Source: Promethearchaeota archaeon
Lineage (GTDB): Archaea; Asgardarchaeota; Hermodarchaeia; Hermodarchaeales; Hermodarchaeaceae
DNA length: 64,000 nucleotides
Assembly (NCBI GenBank): GCA_048939245.1
Contig: JBHLPR010000005.1
Location: 1 to 64,000 of the forward strand
Direction of reading: 5' to 3'
Below, piece after piece: positions 10,235 to 18,263 of the stretch. The notes under the pieces are model-generated. The model worked only from the letters and a program-made list of their open reading frames with translations. It was not told where the DNA came from and searched no databases. Position 1 is the stretch's first letter. Each line of letters begins with the position of its first letter. A program made the translations under genes and the position numbers.

Positions 10235-11010
10235 TTCCTACCCCGATTGATTTAATAGTTCTCGCTATTGCCTTCATCTGGGTTATCGCGGTTCTGGTTA
10301 TTGGAGAAGGTCTACGACGATGGAAAAATTATCCAACAGCCATGACGCGAAAATTTATTCACCTATTTGCGGGCTTCTCAGTCTTCACAATCCCGTTTTA
10401 TACTAATCCGTGGGCAGCCATCATTGTCGCAGTTTCGTTCGTTATCCTTATTTTTCTTGCATCACCAAAAAGCCCCATTAAGAGTCTCAAGACTATGTTT
10501 GAGGTAATGGCCCGTGAAGAAGACTATCTCTCAGGACATATTTGGGGGCCATTTCTCTATGCAATATCAGTCACCATCCTTGTTTGCTTTTTCACGCTTA
10601 TTCCAAGCTTAGTGCCCTTTTTCGTCTTAGCAGCGATGGCTCTAACTACTATGTATCTTGGTGATGGAATTGCTCCTATGATTGGGGTAAAATTCGGGAA
10701 GCACAAATACACGGTTGGTAAATCGACGAGGAGCATTGAAGGGTCTATTGCAGTATTTCTTGCATCTTTGGGAGGAGTGGGGATTTGTTGGATTTTTCTC
10801 GACATCTTTGCTACAGGTGGTTTTCCCGTTTTCAATGTGTGGCAAATAGCCATTCTTGGGTTGATCTGTGCTATTTCTGCAACTCTAATTGAAGGAATCA
10901 GCCCGGCAGGTGTTGATAATATCACAGTGCCACTTCTTACCGCATTGATTATCTTTGGTTGTGCGTTGCTAATTTACCCACCAATGCTTTCGATGATTAT
11001 GGTTCCGTAG
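10222..11010 (+). CDS. Phytol/dolichol kinase family (cytidylyltransferase-like) membrane protein
   Basis: RKFIHL, GDGIAPMIG, RSIEGS, GVDNITVP; multiple TM segments. Confidence 0.88.
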   Translation: MQQTFPTPIDLIVLAIAFIWVIAVLVIGEGLRRWKNYPTAMTRKFIHLFAGFSVFTIPFYTNPWAAIIVAVSFVILIFLASPKSPIKSLKTMFEVMAREEDYLSGHIWGPFLYAISVTILVCFFTLIPSLVPFFVLAAMALTTMYLGDGIAPMIGVKFGKHKYTVGKSTRSIEGSIAVFLASLGGVGICWIFLDIFATGGFPVFNVWQIAILGLICAISATLIEGISPAGVDNITVPLLTALIIFGCALLIYPPMLSMIMVP

Positions 11011-11014
11011 GCAT

Positions 11015-11581
11015 TTAGTCTAACTGGGTGTATGCTACCAGTTCCTCTGTGAATTGTCTGGCACGTTGCATTGAATTCTGATAGGGTTCAGAGAAGCCAA
11101 AGCGTTGAGTTAGTATAGAGAAGCGAGCGTTCACTTCAGCTATCCATTCTTGAGGGGGAAGAATTTCATTCCATTCGAATACTCTAAGTTTATCAGCAAC
11201 ACAGACAATCTTTTCTTCACATGTTTGAGGGATGAAATCACGTTTGGGAAGCCCTAATTTTTCTGCTTCGACTGCTGTGAATCCACCTAAGACGTGTCTT
11301 TCGACGATTAAAACGACGCTCATTGGATAATTTTGTTGAAGTAAAATCTGCCCTCCAATATACCCGTGTGTAATATCATGAACGCGTGCGCGTCCGATGT
11401 CATGGAGTAATGCTCCAAGTTCGATTAATTCATAATCCACTGTAATTTTCGGAGAGACCAGTTTTGCGATTTGAAGTGCCTTTTGTCGTGTTGCTTCGCA
11501 ATGTCTCCGTATTTGTGCATCTGATAAAGTTTCATTAAGAAGGATCTGAGCGTCGGATAACGAAGGAAGAATGATAGACAT
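11015..11581 (-). CDS. HDIG-domain metal-dependent phosphohydrolase (TIGR00295-like)
   Basis: GALLHDIGR, VERHVLGG, EEKIVCVAD. Confidence 0.9.
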   Translation of the reverse strand: MSIILPSLSDAQILLNETLSDAQIRRHCEATRQKALQIAKLVSPKITVDYELIELGALLHDIGRARVHDITHGYIGGQILLQQNYPMSVVLIVERHVLGGFTAVEAEKLGLPKRDFIPQTCEEKIVCVADKLRVFEWNEILPPQEWIAEVNARFSILTQRFGFSEPYQNSMQRARQFTEELVAYTQLD

Positions 11582-11663
11582 TGGTTGCGTTTATAGAGTG
11601 CTACCATGTTTTAATTTTAGACCTTGCTTAATCTAATGGAGAATAACTTCACGGGGACCGTTT

Positions 11664-12824
11664 ATGAAAAAGATTAGTGAACTTTGGGCGCTAGATGAAG
11701 AAATTCAGAATATCGCTGAACAAATTAGGGCACACGAAGAGAGAAGAAATTCATTTGCTTCGATTCTCCGAGCTAAACGCCATCGCTTGAATCTCCACAA
11801 TAATCTACCATTGTCCCAAAGTTATCTAGTTGATGACAAACTTGCACGAGCAGTGAAACCTACAGAACTAAAGGGACTTCGAGTAGGTGGGATTGATGGG
11901 GGATTACTGAAAAAAACTCTAAGGGGTATCGAGTTAATGATTACGCGAGCCTGTGCGACAATTTTTGAATATACCCCCTCAAACCGTGTATCAGCAATTT
12001 ATTATCCTGAAAAAACAACACCGCCTGCAGTGAAGGTTGAATTGAATCCATTCTCATGGCGAGAAATAGATGTTAATGCTTCCCTTGAGCGGCTAAAGGC
12101 TGAATTAGAATTAGCAATCCGAGTTCAGGATCACCATCCCGTCGAGCTTCTTCTAATGGATGGGTCATTGAGACCGCATATCAGTGACCGCCCACCAAGT
12201 CAATCAGTATTGTCTTCTAAGTATGAACGAATAAAAGTACTCTACGAAAAACTCTTTGAGAAGACCCAAGAAACAGGAACCCTTCTAGCAGGAGTTGTGA
12301 AGGATAGCCGTAGCTATCGATTTATCAGGATTCTAGGTGAAATTCTTCCTCATCTAATCAATCGCTATTCCGATCTGAAACCATTATTAAGCATGGATTA
12401 TCGGTCAATTTTACGAACAGCTTATGATACGGATCTATTTTTTAGAATCCTCGATGTGGGAGAACGGTCTCCGATATTACGTTTAAACGAGTTCAATGTC
12501 GCTGAACCAATGGAAAATACGCAAAATAGTAACAATCTTGTTTGTATCTATCTTCGAACAGCGAGATTTGATTATCCTCTGCGGGTTGAAATTTTAATAG
12601 GTCCCCATGATCCTATCCGAATTGTTGAAAAAGTAAGCGCGATGTTATTACCTATGTCTTCGGATAATGAGGGATTCGCCCTTCCAACTGTCCTAATCGA
12701 TGCAGATTCTCAAGCACGTCTTATTGAACATGATCTTGACTTTCTATTTTCTCAATTGGCAAATCGAATAGGATATCCAGAGAGCCTTTTGAAACTTCGC
12801 CGTGAAAGAATGCCATTTCATTAA
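11664..12824 (+). CDS. nurA: DNA double-strand-break repair nuclease NurA
   Basis: GGIDGG, LLMDGSL, GVVKDSRS, LPTVLIDAD; directly upstream of herA. Confidence 0.88.
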   Translation: MKKISELWALDEEIQNIAEQIRAHEERRNSFASILRAKRHRLNLHNNLPLSQSYLVDDKLARAVKPTELKGLRVGGIDGGLLKKTLRGIELMITRACATIFEYTPSNRVSAIYYPEKTTPPAVKVELNPFSWREIDVNASLERLKAELELAIRVQDHHPVELLLMDGSLRPHISDRPPSQSVLSSKYERIKVLYEKLFEKTQETGTLLAGVVKDSRSYRFIRILGEILPHLINRYSDLKPLLSMDYRSILRTAYDTDLFFRILDVGERSPILRLNEFNVAEPMENTQNSNNLVCIYLRTARFDYPLRVEILIGPHDPIRIVEKVSAMLLPMSSDNEGFALPTVLIDADSQARLIEHDLDFLFSQLANRIGYPESLLKLRRERMPFH

Positions 12825-12844
12825 AATGAAAAGGAGAAGACTGA

Positions 12845-14371
12845 ATGACAACCGAAAACCTAGGAACCGTCGTCTGCACTGAAGATGGGCCTTCAACTGA
12901 GAAAATCTCATTTGTTATTGGTAAACGTGATGAAATTTCTGAAGTAGCACAAATACCTGTTCACGTTGGGCAATATGTAGCAATTGAAACTGAAGAAGGT
13001 CTAGTTATTGCTCATGTAGAAGAGGTTGTCAAGACAAACCGCTATTTCTCACAAGTTGATGCCGTCCACGAGTTCACACGATCAGGAAAACCCTTTGATG
13101 CTATTTTCCCTATTGATCGATGGGAATATGTGTTAGCTCAAGCAAGGCCTCTAGGTATTTTTGAGAAAGATCACATTCAACGAATTACGTACCCCCCTTC
13201 ACCTGGGGCTATCGTCCAGTTGCCAGACCCCGATCTTCTATCTGAATTCCTAGGCTTCCACAAAGATGGAATCCACCTTGGCCATTTACTGTTTCATGAA
13301 ATCCCAGCTTGTTTCGATTTGACTAAAATGTATCAGAAGCATGTAGCGCTATTAGCGATGAGTGGAGCGGGGAAGAGTTATGCAGCTACAGTGATGATTG
13401 AAGAACTCTTATCACGGAAGGCAGCTCAGGGCCGCCCAGCAATCCTTGTCATTGATGTTCATGGGGAATATTCGGGTTTAGCAGAATCTCAAGAGATCAA
13501 AGGAAAAAATATTGCTAATCGATTAGCAATCATACGAAGTCCACTCGTCGAATTAGCGACTCCACGAATGGGAGCAAAAGCCTTCGCAACATACTCCCCA
13601 GATATGGGGACGATTCAAGTTCGTGAACTTACTCGTATTATTCGTGCCATGCGAAGTGCCAGAAGAGGTCAGCCTTATGATTTGGGAGACTTGATTACTG
13701 CATTAGAACAAGACCCGTCAATCAATACTCGAACACGAGAAGCACTGCTGGGATGGCTTGATAACCTTCAAAGTCTAAACCTTTTCGGAAAGACATCAAC
13801 ACCTGAATGGAAGACATTAATGAAGCCTGGGCATGGGATAATCCTTGACTTAAGTGAGACTGTAAGTCTACAAAAGAAGCAAATTATTGTAGATGCTGTT
13901 CTTCGCCATTTATTCGATTTGAGACGAGATGACAATATTCCCCCCACAGTAGTATTTCTGGAGGAATCCCATCAATTCTGCCCGGAAACTCGTCGTGCTT
14001 TAGCTTTTTCAAAAGGTATCCTAGAAACCATCGCTAGAGAGGGGCGCAAATACAATTTTTCTTTATGTGTTATTTCGCAGCGACCTGTTCGGCTTTCAAC
14101 TACTGTCCTTTCACAATGTGGAACAAACATCTTTCTTCGAATTACTAATCCCTACGATCTTGATCATATCAGAGCTACTTCAGAGAAAATCACTAAAGCG
14201 ACCTTAACATCCATATCAAGTCTTAGTGTTGGAGAGGCTTTAGTTGTTGGTCAAGCTACCCGATTTCCAGTCTTTATCAAGATACGAAAACGGACAACAG
14301 AAGAAACCTCGTTTGGTGAAGACTTTGAAACAGTGGCGAAAAAATTTGAGAAGAAAGGGAAAGCCAAGTGA
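12845..14371 (+). CDS. herA: HerA helicase/ATPase
   Basis: N-terminal HAS barrel, HVALLAMSGAGKSY, DVHGEY, EESHQF, AREGRKY, SQRP. Confidence 0.92.
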   Translation: MTTENLGTVVCTEDGPSTEKISFVIGKRDEISEVAQIPVHVGQYVAIETEEGLVIAHVEEVVKTNRYFSQVDAVHEFTRSGKPFDAIFPIDRWEYVLAQARPLGIFEKDHIQRITYPPSPGAIVQLPDPDLLSEFLGFHKDGIHLGHLLFHEIPACFDLTKMYQKHVALLAMSGAGKSYAATVMIEELLSRKAAQGRPAILVIDVHGEYSGLAESQEIKGKNIANRLAIIRSPLVELATPRMGAKAFATYSPDMGTIQVRELTRIIRAMRSARRGQPYDLGDLITALEQDPSINTRTREALLGWLDNLQSLNLFGKTSTPEWKTLMKPGHGIILDLSETVSLQKKQIIVDAVLRHLFDLRRDDNIPPTVVFLEESHQFCPETRRALAFSKGILETIAREGRKYNFSLCVISQRPVRLSTTVLSQCGTNIFLRITNPYDLDHIRATSEKITKATLTSISSLSVGEALVVGQATRFPVFIKIRKRTTEETSFGEDFETVAKKFEKKGKAK

Positions 14372-14374
14372 TGG

Positions 14375-14519
14375 TGGTGGGCACGGCGGGATTCAAACCC
14401 GCGACCTCCGGCTTACCTAGGCTTCGCAAACGAATGTTTGGAGCGGCACCATATAAGGCTTACACACTCCATGCGATAAGCACGAAGTTCGGCGCTCCAT
14501 CAGGCTAAGCCACGTGCCC
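14375..14519 (-). tRNA. tRNA-Ile(UAU) with two BHB introns (29/30: 14460-14489; 37/38: 14414-14451), encoded CCA
   Basis: Spliced sequence GGGCACG TG GCTT AGCCTGATG GAGC G CCGGC CT TAT AA GCCGG AGGTC GCGGG TTTGAAT CCCGC CGTGCCC A CCA (77 nt, all stems pair). Anticodon at 14453-14455, discriminator A. Both introns are bounded by BHB-type motifs. Confidence 0.88.
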
Positions 14520-14566
14520 TTATGAAATCTGTGATATTTTTCAATTGCTTAAATGTGTCGGCATGC

Positions 14567-17500
14567 CTATTCATCTTGTACAAGGAAGGTGAAATTGACT
14601 TCTGTTTCCGCGAATTTCAATCTCCCTTCAGCAGCTCCCTTTATAGTTGGTAGAGCATCACTAATTTCTACTGAAATGGCCCCTACTTTTGAAGAAATCG
14701 TTTCACTGGTTCTTTCTATTGCTTTCCTTAAATCCGGTGATTTTGTCGCCACATGAAGTCGGATATTTTGTGTAACGTGTAGTCCTGCTTTCTTACGTGT
14801 AGATTGAATTTGGCGAATTAAGTCCCGGGCAAGACGTTCCGCTTTGAGTTCTGGAGTCTCTGAAACATCAAGGTAGATTTTAGCAAATGATAACTCCTTT
14901 TCTTGGAAGGAGTCAGCCTTTACTTTTTTATGAATTTCCACAGTTTTTACGTTTGTTTGACTAGCAACAACATCATTGAAATGTTCAAGCTGAAATTCCT
15001 TCATTGAAGGTATAATGACTAGTCGTTGACAAGGCCAGCGAAGTTTAATTCCAGCTTCTTGTCGCATATACTGCACAGTTTCGACGATTTCCGCTGCCCA
15101 TTCCATTTCTTGGCTTAACTCAGGGTCGATGAGTTTCTCATTTACCGAAGGCCACTGAAGCATGTGCACGCTGGTGGGGGCATTAGGTTCAGCAGAACGA
15201 ATGAGTGCTTGATACATTTTTTCTGTTTGAAATGGTAAGACTGGAGCTAAAACTGTAAGAAGAGTGCGAAGGACATGATAGAGCGTTGTGAATGCTTGAG
15301 TTTTTGTTTCATCTTGAGAGCTAACCCACGTTCGAGGGCGGATGAGCTTAATATACCACCGACTCAGGTCTTTTACAACGAACTCTTCCATTAATCGAGG
15401 AACATAAGGTAATTCGTATTTATCCAATCGTTCAGTTACTTCTTTGATGAGTGTGTTCAATTGGGAGAGAATCCAGCGATCTTCCCACTGCAGATTCTTG
15501 GGGTTAAATTCGTGTTTACTTGGATCATAATCGGCTGCTTTCATGAAGGTGGTAGCAAAAACGTATACATTCCATAGAATCGATAAGCTACGTCGTGTGT
15601 CTTCAACATCTTTCCAGAGAAAGTGCATATCTTCTCCAGGCCCAGTACTCTTGATACTATAGATTCGAAGTGTCTCTGCACCAACTTTTTTCACTATCTC
15701 TTCTGGAAGAAGGCCTGTTCCCTTTGATTTGGACATAGGTCGACCTTGTTCATCAGTCGTGAAGCCATGCATATACACATTTCTGTATGGTTCTCGATCA
15801 GCTACAAGCATAGTCGAGTTGAAGAGCACGTTGAACCAGTTGCTAATTTGATCTTTGCCTTCAATGACAAATTCAGCTGTTTCCCAATTATCAAAGTCTT
15901 TTGTCCCATATGTAGCCCATCGTGTGGCCCATGGAGCAACACCACTCTCTAACCATACATCTAGAACATCGGGAATTCGTGACATAGTACCTTTGCATTT
16001 AGCGCAATTCCAGGTGACTTCATCAATCCAAGGTCTATGAAGGTTCTCAAGATTAATGTCTGTTTTTTCGGCTAATTCATCAAAGCTACCAATCACTTCC
16101 ATTTGATTGCATTTATCACAGATCCAAATGGGCAAGGGTGCGCCCCAATAGCGTTGACGTGATATACACCAATCACGGAGATTTTGTACCCAGTTTCGGA
16201 ACCAAGTATGGCCAGCCCAATCCGGAACCCATTTTACATCTTCGTTCTTTTTGATGATATCATTCCTAAGATTACTTACACGTAAAAACCATTGATCCGT
16301 AGCCAAATAGATTAAAGGGCTATTACATCGCCAACAATGCGCATATTCGTGTTCAATGGTATCTTGATGTACTAACAAGTTCTTCATACGTAAATCTTCA
16401 AGTACAGCTTCGCTTGCCTTTTCCACCCGCATTCCCGCGTATTTTCCTCCATCTTCAGAAAAAGTGCCAGAAAAAGTCACTGGACAAAAAATGGGAATTC
16501 CTTCCCGAACACCCACTTCGAAATCTTCCGGACCATGCCCTGGCGCCATATGAACAATACCAGTACCTTGTTCCAATGTTACATACTCATCACTTAATAG
16601 GACAGAATGAACTTTCTTTGAATCTTTATGGAATTGAGCTTGGCGAGGAACTTCATCAACCAAAGGGTGTTCGTATCGGAGACCGAGAAGTTCTGAACCT
16701 TTTACCTGTTCTATGACCTCATATGATTTGTTCAGTAATGCTTGGAGAATGATATTGGCTAACCCCTTTGCCAGAATCCAAATTTCATGATCAACACGAA
16801 CCCTAACGTATTCATATTCGGGGTTCACCATCACAGCCATATTCGCTGGTAGGGTCCAAGGAGTCGTAGTCCAAATAATTATGAATTCATCTTTTCTGCC
16901 AATTACAGGAAACTTAACCCAAATTGAATAATCTTCAATTGTGCGATACTCGTGCTCGCGTTTTGCTAAAGCTGTTTCACAGCGAACACAGCAATCAATC
17001 GATCGTAAGCCACGATATAAAAAGCCGCGTTCATGGGCACGTTTCATCAGATACCAAGTTCCTTCAATGTAAGGGTTATCAATTGTGCGATAGGGATGTT
17101 CCCAATCCATCCAAACCCCCAATCGTTTGAATTGCTCAGTCATCCGATTTAAATTGGAGAGCGCAAACTTCTGGCATCGTTCAATGAATTTATCAACACC
17201 AATTGTTGTTTCGATATCCAGCTTCGATTTGAGTCCTAGTTCTTTTTCAACATGCACTTCAATTGGTAATCCATGCATGTCAAATCCCGGTGTGTCTATT
17301 ACACGAAATCCTCGCATCCTTCGATATCGTAGAACTAGGTCTTTCATGATCTTATTCCATGCAGTTCCTAAGTGAATAGCACCGGTTGTATAGGGTGGAC
17401 CGTCCAGAAATTGGAATACCGGACGTTCTCGAAGTTGTTCAGTTATTTTCGAGTATACTTGATGTTTCTCCCAGAATTGGAGTATCTCTTCTTCTAAGGA

Positions 17501-17581
17501 GGGAAGATCAAAATTCTTTGGAAGCTCTGAAACTGGCATTGCATGCATATGCTCCATTAATTTCTGATGTAAGCCTACCAA
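14567..17581 (-). CDS. ileS: Isoleucyl-tRNA synthetase (start probably one of the ATGs near 17539-17557)
   Basis: FLDGPPYTTGAIHLGT (HIGH-like), IWTTTPWTLPAN, DWCISRQRYWG, PMSKS. Confidence 0.97.
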   Translation of the reverse strand: MVGLHQKLMEHMHAMPVSELPKNFDLPSLEEEILQFWEKHQVYSKITEQLRERPVFQFLDGPPYTTGAIHLGTAWNKIMKDLVLRYRRMRGFRVIDTPGFDMHGLPIEVHVEKELGLKSKLDIETTIGVDKFIERCQKFALSNLNRMTEQFKRLGVWMDWEHPYRTIDNPYIEGTWYLMKRAHERGFLYRGLRSIDCCVRCETALAKREHEYRTIEDYSIWVKFPVIGRKDEFIIIWTTTPWTLPANMAVMVNPEYEYVRVRVDHEIWILAKGLANIILQALLNKSYEVIEQVKGSELLGLRYEHPLVDEVPRQAQFHKDSKKVHSVLLSDEYVTLEQGTGIVHMAPGHGPEDFEVGVREGIPIFCPVTFSGTFSEDGGKYAGMRVEKASEAVLEDLRMKNLLVHQDTIEHEYAHCWRCNSPLIYLATDQWFLRVSNLRNDIIKKNEDVKWVPDWAGHTWFRNWVQNLRDWCISRQRYWGAPLPIWICDKCNQMEVIGSFDELAEKTDINLENLHRPWIDEVTWNCAKCKGTMSRIPDVLDVWLESGVAPWATRWATYGTKDFDNWETAEFVIEGKDQISNWFNVLFNSTMLVADREPYRNVYMHGFTTDEQGRPMSKSKGTGLLPEEIVKKVGAETLRIYSIKSTGPGEDMHFLWKDVEDTRRSLSILWNVYVFATTFMKAADYDPSKHEFNPKNLQWEDRWILSQLNTLIKEVTERLDKYELPYVPRLMEEFVVKDLSRWYIKLIRPRTWVSSQDETKTQAFTTLYHVLRTLLTVLAPVLPFQTEKMYQALIRSAEPNAPTSVHMLQWPSVNEKLIDPELSQEMEWAAEIVETVQYMRQEAGIKLRWPCQRLVIIPSMKEFQLEHFNDVVASQTNVKTVEIHKKVKADSFQEKELSFAKIYLDVSETPELKAERLARDLIRQIQSTRKKAGLHVTQNIRLHVATKSPDLRKAIERTSETISSKVGAISVEISDALPTIKGAAEGRLKFAETEVNFTFLVQDE

Positions 17582-17709
17582 TCTTCAACCGCATAAAAAT
17601 GATTGGGCGAAATTAATTACCCAAGCCTAATAGCCCATGATGAACGAAACCAATATATGGACACAAACGTAAGTCAGACAAACCGAGCCCTCGTAAGGAG
17701 CAAGGCTAC

Positions 17710-18255
17710 ATGAGTATGCAACAACGCCAATATGTCCTCAAGGTCTGTGTTGTCGGTGATGGTGCCGTGGGCAAGACCAGCCTCATCATCCGTTACACCG
17801 AAGGGCACTTCCGCGAATCGTATATCATGACATCCTATCTGTAATTCAGATAAGACATGAAAGTTGGTACGAGCTTCGCGGTCAAGGAATTAACCTTCGG
17901 TGATACACTAGTCCGACTTCAGTTGTGGGATCTTGCTGGACAACCACACTTTAGTTCTGTACGCCCTGTTTTTTATCGTGGTGCCGCTGGCATTATCCTA
18001 GTTTATGATGTGACCCGTCGTCAGACCTTTGAAGCAATTCCAGCATGGTATACAGAGGTTTCACAGGTAACTGGAGCTGTGCCTACAGTCTTATTAGCGA
18101 ACAAAGTAGACTTAACAGACCAACGTGATGCCACAACCGAAGAAGGGATGGAATATGCACAACAGCTGGGATGGGGCTATTTTGAGACCAGCGCTAAAGA
18201 AGGTCAAGGAGTAACAGATGCTTTTAGACAAATAGCCTGGTCATGCATCAATTAA
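17710..18255 (+). CDS. Rab-like small GTPase, join(17710..17831,17862..18255), 171 aa after removing a 30-nt intron
   Basis: Exon 1: MSMQQRQYVLKVCVVGDGAVGKTSLIIRYTEGHFRESYIMT. Exon 2: VGTSFAVKE...LQLWDLAGQ...NKVDL...ETSAK. All G1-G5 boxes intact once the segment with two in-frame TAA is removed; AAGGAG SD-like site upstream. Confidence 0.88.
17832..17861 (+). other. Candidate BHB (tRNA-type) intron in mRNA
   Basis: CATG/CATG 4-bp central helix, 3-nt bulges AC^A and AA^A, intron hairpin TCCTATCTG/CAGATAAGA, exon-exon helix; splicing restores ATG ACA GTT GGT. Confidence 0.85.
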
Positions 18256-18263
18256 TCCTGCAA

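Noticed and set aside
14375-14519. Reading the tRNA as tRNA-Arg(UCG) with one long intron
   Set aside because: It gives two mismatches in the anticodon stem (CCGAA/GCCGG), T37 and no BHB pairing. The two-intron Ile(UAU) model pairs perfectly.
17637-17690. C/D-box sRNA upstream of the Rab gene
   Set aside because: A C box is present but there is no CTGA D box or convincing C'/D'. Kept only as part of the leader finding.
17710-18255. Rab gene as a pseudogene, or Sec/Pyl read-through
   Set aside because: The stops are TAA (twice), both lie inside a precisely excisable BHB element, and both exons keep all GTPase motifs.
18238-18255. C-terminal prenylation motif on the Rab-like protein
   Set aside because: It ends WSCIN: only two residues follow Cys, with no CC/CxC and no hypervariable tail.
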